Shown in pieces: positions 33,063 to 44,400 of a DNA stretch of 64,000 nucleotides. The stretch lies in sequence record MW812341.1; one strand, written 5' to 3'. Position numbers and translations under genes: made by a program. Position 1 is the stretch's first letter. Each line of letters begins with the position of its first letter. Under the pieces are notes generated by a model. It was not told the DNA's origin. It ran no database searches and was given only the letters and a program-made list of their open reading frames with translations.

Positions 33063-33785
33063 TTATCGCATGAAGAGATCCTCGAGAGGTTCAGCACGTA
33101 CTGGGTCAACTGACAACGCGGAGCGAATACCACGTTTCAATTCAACGTCAGCAAGTTTTGCCAATCGGGAAGTTTTGTTAAGAGATCCGTCACGGAGAGG
33201 GATAAACTGACAAGCGCCAAAGATGTCGCTGTCTTTCTTCAGCGAAGCACGGAAGAATGTACGCGGGTCACCCCACTTGCGTTGGGTGTGTGCTGCGTAA
33301 CAGTCTGCGGTAATCTGGTCAGCAAAGACCTGGAAACCGTTCCAGAGCGGTGCATCAGACAACAGCTCAGCATCCTCTACCACAGTGAACCAAAATGGTC
33401 GGTTACCGAAGTCGTAGATGTAAGATGCGATGTTGTACACCGGGTTGGAAACCACCTGTAACATCCGGTTCGGGAATACTACCGTCCCCGGATCAAAGCG
33501 GAACTCGTAGTAAGGTTCGCCGTTGACATCCACTTCTTCAAACGATGACGGGGTAATTTCAATGAACGTGGTTACGTTCGACACCCCGTAAGTTTTCCGG
33601 TCTGTCGAGATGGCAAATAAGCCAACGATTTCGACAGTCGAAGAAATAAAGGCCAATTCTTTCGAGGTAAAGCCAACGGGGATGTAGAGATAACACCCCC
33701 CTTTGGTAATGGTGGCGGCCCCGGTATCGACTAAATCGGCGTGAACCTTTTTCGGGTCGCGACGTGCAGTTTCAATAGCACTCAC
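33063..33785 (-). CDS. conserved virion protein (phiKZ gp176-like by synteny)
   Basis: 240 aa between protease and vRNAP. Confidence 0.7.
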   Translation of the reverse strand: MSAIETARRDPKKVHADLVDTGAATITKGGCYLYIPVGFTSKELAFISSTVEIVGLFAISTDRKTYGVSNVTTFIEITPSSFEEVDVNGEPYYEFRFDPGTVVFPNRMLQVVSNPVYNIASYIYDFGNRPFWFTVVEDAELLSDAPLWNGFQVFADQITADCYAAHTQRKWGDPRTFFRASLKKDSDIFGACQFIPLRDGSLNKTSRLAKLADVELKRGIRSALSVDPVRAEPLEDLFMR

Positions 33786-33800
33786 TTCCGCCTCCTATTG

Positions 33801-35258
33801 TTAAGCTTCGATAAGAACGCCAGCCAGCATCCAGTCCATGGCATAGTTGACAATCCAGTCACTGGCGGTGACGTCAGGCTTGATGCCTTTAATCATACCG
33901 TGGTGAATGGCGGTCAACAGGTTGGCAGCGTCGTATTCACCGAAGACTTCACCAGAGGAAACCTGGATGATAAACTCAGTGACGTCGGTGGTGCTTTTAC
34001 CAAACAGATGATCGATAGCGCTGTTAACGCCTTTCTTCACTTCTGCTGGAGTACGAGGCTCAGCATCACCTGCATTCAGGTAACCTGGGTCAAGCACATC
34101 GATGGCAGAAGAGAATGCCACTTTCAGGGATTCGCGGTTACGGTGTAACCAATCAGTATCCGCATTCATGCGACGGACAGAACCACGGCGGCTCCACACT
34201 TGAGTGTAGGCACCGGCATTGTCCAGTAATGCACCTTTGGTGGTGTTTGCATCTTCACCGTCGTCCAGTGCGTAGATAGCACCCAACAGCGCTTCAACGG
34301 TACCACCGGCTGAGGTGTAATCGTCAAACGCTTCCTGACAGATGAAGACTTGCTTTTCCTGGCTGTCGAAGGAGAACACAATGTTCCCAAGCTTCACACG
34401 AGTCACGATGGCTTCGGCGTACAGGTACAGCCAACCACACAGTGAGTAATGCGCACGCTGGAATTGCGTTTTCCATTTGTCAGAAGACAGGTCAGAATTT
34501 TCCCACGGGTTGTCCAGCCAGTAGGCAGACAGCAACAGGAATAGCACGTTCTTCTTGACTTCTTTCGGAGCCTGGTCAGAGTTAGGGACAATCTTCAGAG
34601 GCTCAACCAGCAGCTTAGCTGCATCGGAGACAGACAGACCCAGTTCTTCCAGCAGACGGCCAACCAGACGGTCGAAGCTTGCCTTACCGGTTTCAGGTTG
34701 TTCCAGCACATCCGGAACACGCGCATCGATACGATCGTGAATGAAGCCAGCACCTGCTGGGTTATCCAGACGGCTAATCAATGCCTGAACAATCGGTTCA
34801 TTGATAGCAGGGTCAGAGTCAACTGGAACCAGTGCCCAGTCTTCTTTCACTTCTTCAACCGGTGCAGCGTCGTTGCTTTGAATGACGTTCTGAATGAACG
34901 GCTGAACCACGTTGCGGGAGAAGTCCAGCAGACCAGCACAACGGCCTACGGCCATTTTCTTCAACTCGAACAGAGTTGGTTCGTGGTCTTCCACGTTCAG
35001 AACATTAACACCGGCAGCACCATCAGCAATAACGGCGGCATCGCCAGTACCCTGTGCAGGTTGTGCCAATGCGGTGATGTTTGGCAGCTCTTGGAAGAAC
35101 TGTTCATCGGTGATGCTGCTGTCCAGTACAGATTGCTGGCTGGTTGCACGGTTCAATACAGCAACCGGTGAATCTGCATCAGCGCTCAGACGGAGGCCAC
35201 TTTGTTTCAGAATGCGCAGAGCGTTCGTGCAGGCATTCAAGGAATATAAACGAATCAC
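33801..35258 (-). CDS. internal head protein (phiKZ gp177-like by synteny)
   Basis: 485 aa; synteny. Confidence 0.7.
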   Translation of the reverse strand: MIRLYSLNACTNALRILKQSGLRLSADADSPVAVLNRATSQQSVLDSSITDEQFFQELPNITALAQPAQGTGDAAVIADGAAGVNVLNVEDHEPTLFELKKMAVGRCAGLLDFSRNVVQPFIQNVIQSNDAAPVEEVKEDWALVPVDSDPAINEPIVQALISRLDNPAGAGFIHDRIDARVPDVLEQPETGKASFDRLVGRLLEELGLSVSDAAKLLVEPLKIVPNSDQAPKEVKKNVLFLLLSAYWLDNPWENSDLSSDKWKTQFQRAHYSLCGWLYLYAEAIVTRVKLGNIVFSFDSQEKQVFICQEAFDDYTSAGGTVEALLGAIYALDDGEDANTTKGALLDNAGAYTQVWSRRGSVRRMNADTDWLHRNRESLKVAFSSAIDVLDPGYLNAGDAEPRTPAEVKKGVNSAIDHLFGKSTTDVTEFIIQVSSGEVFGEYDAANLLTAIHHGMIKGIKPDVTASDWIVNYAMDWMLAGVLIEA

Positions 35259-35548
35259 GCTTGACCCCCTTTCTCAGAGCTTGCTACTTCCTGGATGCGT
35301 GCTGCCAGACGATTACCGACCATATCGGCAATGTCACGTTTCAGCAGACGCTGTTCGCCGACCTGGCTGCTTAGACCATTGCTGCCTTTCATCAGGTCAT
35401 AAATCACTTCTGTGGTCAGCTCAACTACGTTACCCAGGGTAACGGCATTCAAACGCTGTTGGGGTGAGAAGCTGTCAGTTTCCTGAGCTTGGGAATTCCC
35501 ACGCTTCGGAATGTTGTGACGTGCGCGGATGTCATCTAAGATACTCAT
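35255..35548 (-). CDS. hypothetical protein (97 aa)
   Basis: GGAG RBS; GTGA overlap with next gene. Confidence 0.75.
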   Translation of the reverse strand: MSILDDIRARHNIPKRGNSQAQETDSFSPQQRLNAVTLGNVVELTTEVIYDLMKGSNGLSSQVGEQRLLKRDIADMVGNRLAARIQEVASSEKGGQA

Positions 35549-35571
35549 TGTAAACTCCGGGAGTTAGAAAA

Positions 35572-35594
35572 CCAGACGGGAGCGACCCGTCTGG
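35572..35594. terminator. GC hairpin after vRNAP beta gene
   Basis: CCAGACGGG-AGCGA-CCCGTCTGG, short U-run on -. Confidence 0.5.
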
Positions 35595-35602
35595 GGTGTG
35601 AG

Positions 35603-38600
35603 TTAAACCTTGGCCGGAAGAGCAGGAACACTCTCGCCATCCAAAATCTTCCCAATCATGATACCGCCCTGCAAAGCAACACCGTTACAGGTGCCGATTC
35701 GCATCAATGAACCTACGATACGCGCATCAACCGAGTTACGACCAAAGATGATATCAATGTCTTCGCCGTTCTCTGTCCGGTTAACACCACGCATAACTTC
35801 CTGGACGGTGGTCTTCAGCTGGTTAGCAATAACCATCTTATCCGCAGCCGCCATTTCGACACGGTGTGTGATATAGAATCGAATCACCATGCTGTTGTAG
35901 GCTAACGGAACACCGTCAACACGGTAGTCGCCGTTCACACTGCCCGATTTCGGGATGTGGTCGCCTAAGGCATTTGCCATTTTGCGACGTTGGCGGTCGT
36001 GTTGGTTAATCAGGGTCTGCACGGATGGTGTGAAGTCTTCCGGGTCACCGTGGTACACCACTTCGATTTTATCGATGTGGCCGCGTACCCCAGCTTGTGG
36101 AGAGTAAGCACTCAGTTCGTACAGGGTTGCGGCAGCTTCATTGCTGAACCCGCTCATATCTTCGCTCAGGTTGTCGCTAAAGGTGCATAGAATTGTGTCC
36201 ACGTCTACGTGCTCGCCGTTTTTCACAACTTCCATCAGATTCTGGGTAGATGTAACAGTGACTTCTTTGATTTTGGTTACGTCAGACTGTGCTTTCGCAG
36301 CGAACCGCTCACTAATCGCATTCGAGTCTTCAATTACCTCTTCAGATTCAATCAGCGCTACATTGGCCATGATGACACCTTTCCAGTTCACCTGGAACGG
36401 ATCGAGCAGGTCTGGCTCGAAGTGCTGTTCGTTATACGTGATGATAGCCCCAGCGGGGAGTTTGTCACCTGCCTTCCATTTGGTCACAACAGTGTGAGGA
36501 TAGAACGTACCTTCGTGCGCACCAAACCAACGTCCCAATTCGAAAGTCTCTTCCGTCTTGTCGTCGTATTTGATGGTGATGGTGTCGTCGGTTACCCGGA
36601 TAACTTTACCCGGTTTGTCAATGGCGCGTGCGTGTTTCACCGATGTACGGTGCGCGACCGCTTTCTCCTGTTCGGTACGGTACGGAGCAACAGTGGCTCC
36701 AATACAAGTAGTGGCTGACCCCATCTGGATGCCTACGAAGTTTTGACGTTTCGCATCGTCCATCAGAGTGTCAGGTGCCAGGCCGTCAATAAAGGACAGC
36801 AGCTCACCCGGCTTACCTTCCCCCTCCAGGGGCTTGGTGGTGCCATCGACTGAGTCGAAGCGCGGGTTATTCGTTAAGAAGGCTGTGATACCTACGTCAC
36901 CGTTATCGACGGTGTTACCCGACACGATACCCAGATCAGATTTCTGGAATTCACGCGTGTGGTAAACCATGGTCTTACGGTTACGCCCACCGGTACCACC
37001 CATGGTGATAACGTCTTTTTCTTTAATGAACTGAATCGGGTTGGCCCCCGGTGCCAGCAAGACTGACGGGTCGGAGTTGATTGCCCCCCAGATCATGTCT
37101 TGTGACAGTTCGAAGCGACGGTTACTGCCTGGGGCGTTGATGTAGTTACGCTGGGCTCTCACCAGTGCAGTGTAGATGTGGTACGCAATACGTTGATTGC
37201 CCACAAACATCATTTCATCGCCGTTGATTTCCGGGAGGGTGTGGTCGTTCTGCAACAGTTCGTTGGAACGTTCCAACAGGCCAATGAAGGTTTCCGGTTC
37301 GCCCATCTTTCTCAAGATACGCGCGTGCATGTCATCCACGAATGCGGTCCGCATTAGTCGAAGCTCATTGATGTACCGAGGTGTCAGTCCATCTGCATCA
37401 CGAATAAGGTTGAGGTAAATGTCTTCACGGTCAACTTCGGATTCCGTGTACGTGGTCAAGTGTTTAATGTACTTGTCCAAGCCATTAAGAATCATGCGTT
37501 GTTTATCGTTGTCACACATGGCTACGATTTTCGCATCTGATAAACGGAAGATGGAGTCGTAGGTAGATTTGTCAATACGCTGACCAGGCGGGAGAACTTC
37601 GAAGCGAATACCGAAGTGTCGCATCATACCGGTCAGGCCGAGATAGAAGGCAAAGATGAAACCGAGTGACAGGGATTTACCCATCAGCGACAGTTCCGTC
37701 ATTTCCCGTGGGGTCTTCGACTGGTCGATGCCTAACACATCAGCCAATGCACCCTGAGGTTCAATCTTGTCCCCGTTAACCTTGTACACCTGGGAATGGT
37801 CATCCATCCCCATCATTACCCCACTGCGACCTTTTGCCAATGGCACCAGTTCTTTCTTCGTCATGGACTTAACATTGTCCTCACCGAAGAAATTAGGCAT
37901 TGATTTAGAATCAAAGCTCCACTGATAACCGACCGCATTAAAGGTAGAGATACGTCGAGACACCATTGTGTACTGACGCGGCAAGGTTGCCAGCGGGTCG
38001 AACACGTTAGCCAGTTTGGCATCGGTAATCGTTGTATCTTTCGGGTCAACCGCACGAACGATAATCGCATTCGTCAGCCAGCGACCATAGTCGTTTACGA
38101 CTTTGTCACTACGACGGACGAAGTTCTTACCATAGGCGGTAGTCAGGGCCACGGTCTCGTGGTCAACTTTACGAATCGGAATATCGACACGTTGGCGACG
38201 CATGGTGTATTCAGTACCATTCGCAACCCACGTACCATCTTCAGTCAATGCAGGAACCTGGAAACGGACCGTTACTGGTTCCCCGCCGATTGGCTGAATA
38301 CGGAGGGTGTGGTGTTCGAGACTGCCGGTTACAGAAACTTCTTTTTCGACCGTGTGGTTGTGAACCGCAAGACCCAAACGTTGGGATGAGGCCACAGCTG
38401 CCAAGATATCTTTTGGCAGGATTTCGGTGTTGTACTGCTTATCCATCGCATCCACACTAGACTGCGTCCAGTCCGTGGTGGTAACGACAGGTTCCCGCAG
38501 TGTGGTCACGGGTTTAATTTCAACTTTCTTAGCATCCACAACCATGGCTTCGCCGTACGTCTCTTTCGGGTTGTACGGGTTAGGCAGCGCTTCAAAGCGC

Positions 38601-39778
38601 TCGGTGGCATCATTCAGGAACTTGTACTGCTTAGCGGAAACACGACCGGCTTCGGCCAGTTTCTCAACTTCCTGTTTGATAACGTCAGCGTGGTTAATCG
38701 CTTTTTCGACAACGATGGTGGTGGGCTTAATATCTTCTTTCGGAACATCGATGACCAAGTCTTCCTTGGTATCGAAATCGTCTTCCACTACGTCAGCCTG
38801 ATTAACGATGTCTTCATCGCCTACCAGGTCATCCGCACCGTCTACGATATCGTCATTCTCGACGTCCTGAACAATTACTTTCTCTTCGCCGGTTTCCTCA
38901 TCGATCACTTCCAGCTCAGACACCATATCTGGCTTAGCGGTCATGACGCGAATCAGGGTACGGTAGAATGCGCGTGCCATCTGCTCGTCATTCAGACGAC
39001 CACCGACAGACTTACGCATCTTCTCAACCACACCCATGTTCATTACACTGAACCCGGAGTTGTGCACGAACACAAAGTTGGTACGAGACAACTGAGTCAT
39101 GTCCATACCAGCAAACAATGACGATTCCTGCTGACCGATAGCCCAAGCAAACAGCTCGAGCAACCACAGCAGATTGAAGGACTGGAAACGTTCCAGCTTA
39201 GTCTTCACACGATCATTGAAGGTGTTCTTGAATTTGTCATACGCAGGCAACGTCGAACCGATATCAATAATCATGTAGTTCTGACGCAGGTACTCAGCAG
39301 TGTCGTACTTGAGCTGATTAGCCATCAATACCTGAACGTTACGCAGACGGTCGTACCAAGACATCATCGTGTCCGGGTAACGATAGTGTGGCAGCATCGG
39401 AGTGTAGTTCTCGATGAGCAACACCTTTGGGTCTTTACGCACTAACTCGTCTGACTGGGACAGACGACGGAAGCGACGGTTAGCACGGTGGTACGCCAGA
39501 ATCTGGCGTTCCTGACCTTGCACTGGAACGGGAATCGGACGACCCGAAATCCCGTCTTCCGGCAGTTTAAAATGGTGACGTATTTGTGCAGGCTTTTCCA
39601 GCTCCTGGAAGTACGGTGTGGAGACCGGCGGTGCTAACACCACCTGGTCTAAGTCCACGGTATGGAAAATAGAACCGCGAGGTATCTGGAACTTTTCCAG
39701 CGGGATAATTCGCGGCTTCCCGAACTCATCCGTCTTACGAACGGAGAAGCGTTGGTTAAACTGTTTAAGGAGAAGCAT
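35603..39778 (-). CDS. virion RNA polymerase beta subunit (phiKZ gp178-like)
   Basis: 1391 aa; RQNF..QMGSA, EDSNAISERF, ADKMVIANQLKTTV, DIDIIFGRNSVDAR beta-like motifs. Confidence 0.9.
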   Translation of the reverse strand: MLLLKQFNQRFSVRKTDEFGKPRIIPLEKFQIPRGSIFHTVDLDQVVLAPPVSTPYFQELEKPAQIRHHFKLPEDGISGRPIPVPVQGQERQILAYHRANRRFRRLSQSDELVRKDPKVLLIENYTPMLPHYRYPDTMMSWYDRLRNVQVLMANQLKYDTAEYLRQNYMIIDIGSTLPAYDKFKNTFNDRVKTKLERFQSFNLLWLLELFAWAIGQQESSLFAGMDMTQLSRTNFVFVHNSGFSVMNMGVVEKMRKSVGGRLNDEQMARAFYRTLIRVMTAKPDMVSELEVIDEETGEEKVIVQDVENDDIVDGADDLVGDEDIVNQADVVEDDFDTKEDLVIDVPKEDIKPTTIVVEKAINHADVIKQEVEKLAEAGRVSAKQYKFLNDATERFEALPNPYNPKETYGEAMVVDAKKVEIKPVTTLREPVVTTTDWTQSSVDAMDKQYNTEILPKDILAAVASSQRLGLAVHNHTVEKEVSVTGSLEHHTLRIQPIGGEPVTVRFQVPALTEDGTWVANGTEYTMRRQRVDIPIRKVDHETVALTTAYGKNFVRRSDKVVNDYGRWLTNAIIVRAVDPKDTTITDAKLANVFDPLATLPRQYTMVSRRISTFNAVGYQWSFDSKSMPNFFGEDNVKSMTKKELVPLAKGRSGVMMGMDDHSQVYKVNGDKIEPQGALADVLGIDQSKTPREMTELSLMGKSLSLGFIFAFYLGLTGMMRHFGIRFEVLPPGQRIDKSTYDSIFRLSDAKIVAMCDNDKQRMILNGLDKYIKHLTTYTESEVDREDIYLNLIRDADGLTPRYINELRLMRTAFVDDMHARILRKMGEPETFIGLLERSNELLQNDHTLPEINGDEMMFVGNQRIAYHIYTALVRAQRNYINAPGSNRRFELSQDMIWGAINSDPSVLLAPGANPIQFIKEKDVITMGGTGGRNRKTMVYHTREFQKSDLGIVSGNTVDNGDVGITAFLTNNPRFDSVDGTTKPLEGEGKPGELLSFIDGLAPDTLMDDAKRQNFVGIQMGSATTCIGATVAPYRTEQEKAVAHRTSVKHARAIDKPGKVIRVTDDTITIKYDDKTEETFELGRWFGAHEGTFYPHTVVTKWKAGDKLPAGAIITYNEQHFEPDLLDPFQVNWKGVIMANVALIESEEVIEDSNAISERFAAKAQSDVTKIKEVTVTSTQNLMEVVKNGEHVDVDTILCTFSDNLSEDMSGFSNEAAATLYELSAYSPQAGVRGHIDKIEVVYHGDPEDFTPSVQTLINQHDRQRRKMANALGDHIPKSGSVNGDYRVDGVPLAYNSMVIRFYITHRVEMAAADKMVIANQLKTTVQEVMRGVNRTENGEDIDIIFGRNSVDARIVGSLMRIGTCNGVALQGGIMIGKILDGESVPALPAKV

Positions 39779-39799
39779 GATGGTCCTTAATTACTCGCG

Positions 39800-41413
39800 C
39801 TACTGGAGCAGCGAGTTGATCGCACGCTCAATAACGTCGTTAACGGGGGCTACTTTAAACTTGCCGTTAGTTGTAAACCAGTAGTTCTTGGAGTTCACCC
39901 AGCGCTGGTTTTCTTCCATTGCTTCCTGCGAGAACGGAACGTTACCGGAGCCGGTATCGCCGTCGTAGTCACCGTTCAACCCTTTCAGTCGTGAAGGGTG
40001 CGGTGCCATAGATTCAACCCACGTCGGAACATTACGATCCGGGAAGCTAACAGCTCCCTTCTTCTTCGTGGTTTCCCAGTCATCTTCCAACTCGTGGAGA
40101 TACAAGGAAGAGACCGTGGTCTCCAATCTTATGGTCGAGGAGTACGTCGAACCGCGCCCGATAATAGGGTAGCGGGTGACGAACATGAAGTAATTATTCC
40201 AGAGGTCATACCCGGATAGGTACAACAACTCGCCGAGAGAAATACCACGAACGTTCTTACGGTCAAACTTCGCAGGCAAATCCTCAATGTCAAAGAACAC
40301 TTTAAAGTGTTTGGCGTCCTGATAGATCAAGGCCACGTAGTGGTCTTTGTCAATCATCAGTGGAGCATGGCGCAACTCACGCGCTTCCAGACGGTTAATC
40401 AACTTCTCTATCCCGTCATCGGTGGTGTATAGGTCATAGACCTTCCCACGGACTTCGAGGAGTTCCCTTCGCAGGGTTTTGGTGTTGATGCCGTAGAGGT
40501 TCCCGTCACCCGCTCGGATATTGCTCAGATAACGTTCGCGAATGTTATACTGCGCTACCGGCAACAGTGACTTCAACCCCTGGAACAAACCGACACGCGT
40601 GTCGGTCGCCCGCACCTGGTCTTCACGACCCATGACTTTCGAACCGGTTGAGAACGAAGACAACACGTTACGTGTGCCGTTCATTAACTTACGGGAAGTC
40701 ACTTTACGGCGGGTAAAGCCGCCCTTACCATCGAGGATGTTAAAGAAGTACATCCAGATGTCGTTGTACGCTTGTTGAAGTTTCCAACGTAGTGGGTCAG
40801 TCAGTTCCGTTTGAATATTGCGGTCTGGGACAGCACGGGCTAATGAGATGAGACGACGGTACATACCGCCGATTTCTTCTTCCTGGTCTCGTCCGTCATC
40901 TCGCACAATCAGGTCACGCAGACCTGCTGGCAAAACCAAGACATGGCGGTTTACGCTCACGTCACGGAATTTGTAGAAGAAGTCGAGAGAGTCATCACGT
41001 CGCATAGAGTCGTTACGCGCAGGCGCTAACTCTTTATAGTGACTCAAGAAGAAGTTCATGCCGGTGTCTGCACCTTTATCACCGGGCAGCGCTGGCAGGA
41101 AGTCTTTTTCTTTTTCTCCCCACACCGCAAACCGTTTACCGGCACAGACTTCCTCGTAGAGTTGTTTTAAACCAAACAACCCTAAACAGACAGTAGGAGA
41201 AATGATGTCGAGTTTTACATCGATGTACGCGAACGTAGCGTCACGCTCTTCGCTACCTGTTAAGCCGAATATTTCGGTAGAATAAAGACCTTCCGGGTGA
41301 AAGTTTTTCGTCATGCCCTGGAAGGTGTCGGTCGTAGTCACCGGCTTCAATTGTGACACCAGGGACTTGTTGACGTTTAACAGGTAAATGTCAACCCAGT
41401 TTAGCTTCTTCAC
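39800..41413 (-). CDS. virion RNA polymerase beta' subunit with catalytic DxDGD motif (phiKZ gp180-like)
   Basis: NGDYDGD motif, GLYSTEIFG, LVLPAGLRD; GTG start at 41413 with AGGAG RBS. Confidence 0.9.
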   Translation of the reverse strand: MKKLNWVDIYLLNVNKSLVSQLKPVTTTDTFQGMTKNFHPEGLYSTEIFGLTGSEERDATFAYIDVKLDIISPTVCLGLFGLKQLYEEVCAGKRFAVWGEKEKDFLPALPGDKGADTGMNFFLSHYKELAPARNDSMRRDDSLDFFYKFRDVSVNRHVLVLPAGLRDLIVRDDGRDQEEEIGGMYRRLISLARAVPDRNIQTELTDPLRWKLQQAYNDIWMYFFNILDGKGGFTRRKVTSRKLMNGTRNVLSSFSTGSKVMGREDQVRATDTRVGLFQGLKSLLPVAQYNIRERYLSNIRAGDGNLYGINTKTLRRELLEVRGKVYDLYTTDDGIEKLINRLEARELRHAPLMIDKDHYVALIYQDAKHFKVFFDIEDLPAKFDRKNVRGISLGELLYLSGYDLWNNYFMFVTRYPIIGRGSTYSSTIRLETTVSSLYLHELEDDWETTKKKGAVSFPDRNVPTWVESMAPHPSRLKGLNGDYDGDTGSGNVPFSQEAMEENQRWVNSKNYWFTTNGKFKVAPVNDVIERAINSLLQ

Positions 41414-41442
41414 GTTAAGCTCCTGAATTGGAAGTAATGAAA

Positions 41443-44400
41443 ATGGCAAAAAAAGACGATTTCGACGATATCGGTTTTGATGATGTCGATTGGGATGATT
41501 TCGACGAACCGCCCCGCCAGAACAACGGTAAATCACGCAACCCTATCCTCGACACAGCGAAGCAGGTACGTAAGTCTGCTCTGGCGACCATATGGCCGCG
41601 AGGTAAGCGCGACCAGGTCATTTTAAAAGGCATGCCACAGCCTGCGAGTGAAGCCTACAAGGGCTATCAGGACGCGAAGGGCGTGGCGAAAGACGTGTAC
41701 GCTCATACCAAAGACGAGATCATCAAGACTGAGCGTCTGGTCAAGCAACAAGCCCGTCAATTAGGCCCAACGCTTAAACGTTATCTGCCCGATAGCCTGA
41801 CAAACCGAATCAACAAATGGGCACGTACCGGAGAAGAAACACAGTACGGTGCGTACGACCAGCAACAGGCTGGTCTTGACCGAATGATGGGCGAGGTCTT
41901 CGGTGCCGGTCAACAACAGACCGAAGAGCAACAAACCGAAGCCCGCGAAACTGCAACTGAAGATCGTCTGCGTGATGCTGTCCGGGAAATGAAATCCGAT
42001 GCACTGATGAACACTGTCCTGGGCATTGCCCGTGACGTTCACATGCAAACCGGTCTTTCCAAAGGCGTGTTCTTAAACATCGAGCGTAAGAAGCTCGAGT
42101 TGCAATACCGTACGTTGTTCGCCTTGCAAGATATTGCTAAGCTGAAACAAACCGAGTTCGACCGTAACACCCCGGCACTCGAAGCGATTGTGAAGAACAC
42201 CGCGTTGCCGGACTATGCGAAAGAAGAGTTCTCGGAAATTCATTGGGCGAACATTAAACGTAAAGCGGCTGAATGGATGAACCCACTTCGTTACGGCGAA
42301 GAGTTCATGAATAACGTCCGTGACAACATGACCAAGAAAATCTCACAAGCATTCGGCGATGGCCGTATGGCGCTTGAGATGCTCATGGGTAGTGCGGTCG
42401 AAGATGACTTCGGGATGGAAGACAGTTCCAGCCTGTCGCCAGACAGCCGTAAGAAGAATGGTCGCGATAAAGGGGTGGGTTGGTTAACCAGCTTCCTGAC
42501 CAAGAAACTGATTGGGCCACAACTTGCCAAAGTGCAGGGGAAAACCAAGCAGTGGTTGGAAGACAGACCCGAGTACATGTCAAAACTCCACCAGGCGCAA
42601 TTTAAAGCCCGTGGTTGGACGCAAGGCACAATCTCGAACTCATCTATAGCCGGGGAAGAAGAAGGCACAGCGGCTAACGTGTTTCGCATGGGACGTGACT
42701 TCGGGATTATCAACCCGATGGGTCGCGAAAAGGGTTTCCTTGATGCCCGCGACGGCGAAGCCTTAAACCGTGTTGCCAAGTTCGACCGGCGTGCACATTT
42801 AGCATTGGTGGAAGTTATCCCGGCCTGGTTATCCGAGATTAACAAATCTATCCGTCGTGGCTATGGCGAACATGCTGACCAGGAATACGACATCACTACG
42901 CGTGGCTTTACGTCACGTCGTCAGTTGTCTGACCGTATCCGTAAGGGTGTGGCGGATGACAAAGGTCGTGTCAAACAGCAGGAGAACATCTGGGAAATCG
43001 TTAACTACCTGGATGACAAAAAGACCCTGAGTGAGAAAGACCGCCAAGGTCTGGCTAACTATTTAGAAAGCCGTATCTCTCTTGGTCGCTCCATGAACGT
43101 CGATAGCATCCTTAAAGACAGCAACCACTTAATGCGTTACATGCCGTCCAATACGGCTGACCGTGTGGTTGATTTGTTGAGAGCGAAGTCGGATGGGATG
43201 ACTGGCGGTGCGTACGAGCTGTCCAACGCATTGGAAGATAAGTTCTCCGGTGCGCGTTCAGCTGTGAAGGGATACCAAAAGAACATTGATGAAGCCACCG
43301 CCATTTATGGTGAGCGTGCGCTACGCGATGCGGGTATCTTCCGCTACGACAAAAAGAATGATACGTTCGACATCGACAAAGACTTCGCCGATCCGTTCAC
43401 GCTGTTTAATGACACCCGCATGGGCAAAACCCGTAGTGGTAAGGCATTAACACTTGAGCAGGAAATTCAGAAGAAGTTAAAAGGTAACTCAGCGCTGGCT
43501 GATTTGCTGCGCCGTAAGTTTAACAACGGAGGTGACGAAGATGACCCATTGGCGGAAGGCAGTCCTTTAGGGGGCGGTCCGAAAGGCGGCGGGGGCGGTG
43601 GTAAAGGTCGCGGTAAAGGCATGTCTCCAGTTCAGCTGGCTCGTGTGCTTTACGGTGAAACGGAGACCAACTTTGTCGACTTGCTGAAAGGCACGAACAG
43701 TAACGATGGAACTGAGACCGATCGTATCGTTGAGGCCGTCCGTGGTATCAACCTGAACTCCCTGACCACTATTCAGGAGAAAATCCTGAGTCATGTGAAG
43801 TCAATGGATGAACAGGGTGTGTTGCTTGCTTCTCTCGCCGGTGGTGAAGGTGGTGGTGACGGTACCGATGAGATGGGTCCACCGCGTCCGGGTGCAGGGC
43901 CACGTCGACGTCGTATTGTCCTGGGTGAAACCGGACTGTTACGTCGTTGGGGTGGGATTCTGGCAGATACTGCCGGGGGTGCATTCAATCTCGGTAAGCG
44001 TGGTGTCCTCGGTGCGAAAGACCGCTTAGGGAAGTTCGGTGGTTGGGTACGTGGTAAGTTCGGTGGGCCTTCCACTGGGCCGAGCATGTTCGAACGCATG
44101 AAAGGTTTGGTGACTGGTGGGGTCGGTGGTGCCTTTAACTCAGCATTGGCGTTTGGCCAAGGGTTACTCGGTATCAAAGACATATTCAACGAACAGGGTA
44201 AGGTTGTCCTCCAGGGTAGTAAGCTGGAAGCTGGGGAATATTACCAGATGTCCTCTAATGGACAAGGTGCCAAACCGGTTCAATTGAAGACCCTGGATGA
44301 CATTCGTCTGGGTCGTGACATTATCGACTCGGAAGGGAACATCATCCTGTCTGCGGCTGACTTAGCCTCAGCCGGTAAGTTGAGCTACTATAAAGGCGGC

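Noticed and set aside
18475-41413. Inteins or group I introns in terminase or vRNAP genes
   Set aside because: Frames are continuous, sizes are in line with intein-free homologs, and no C...HN splice junctions or homing-endonuclease motifs were seen.
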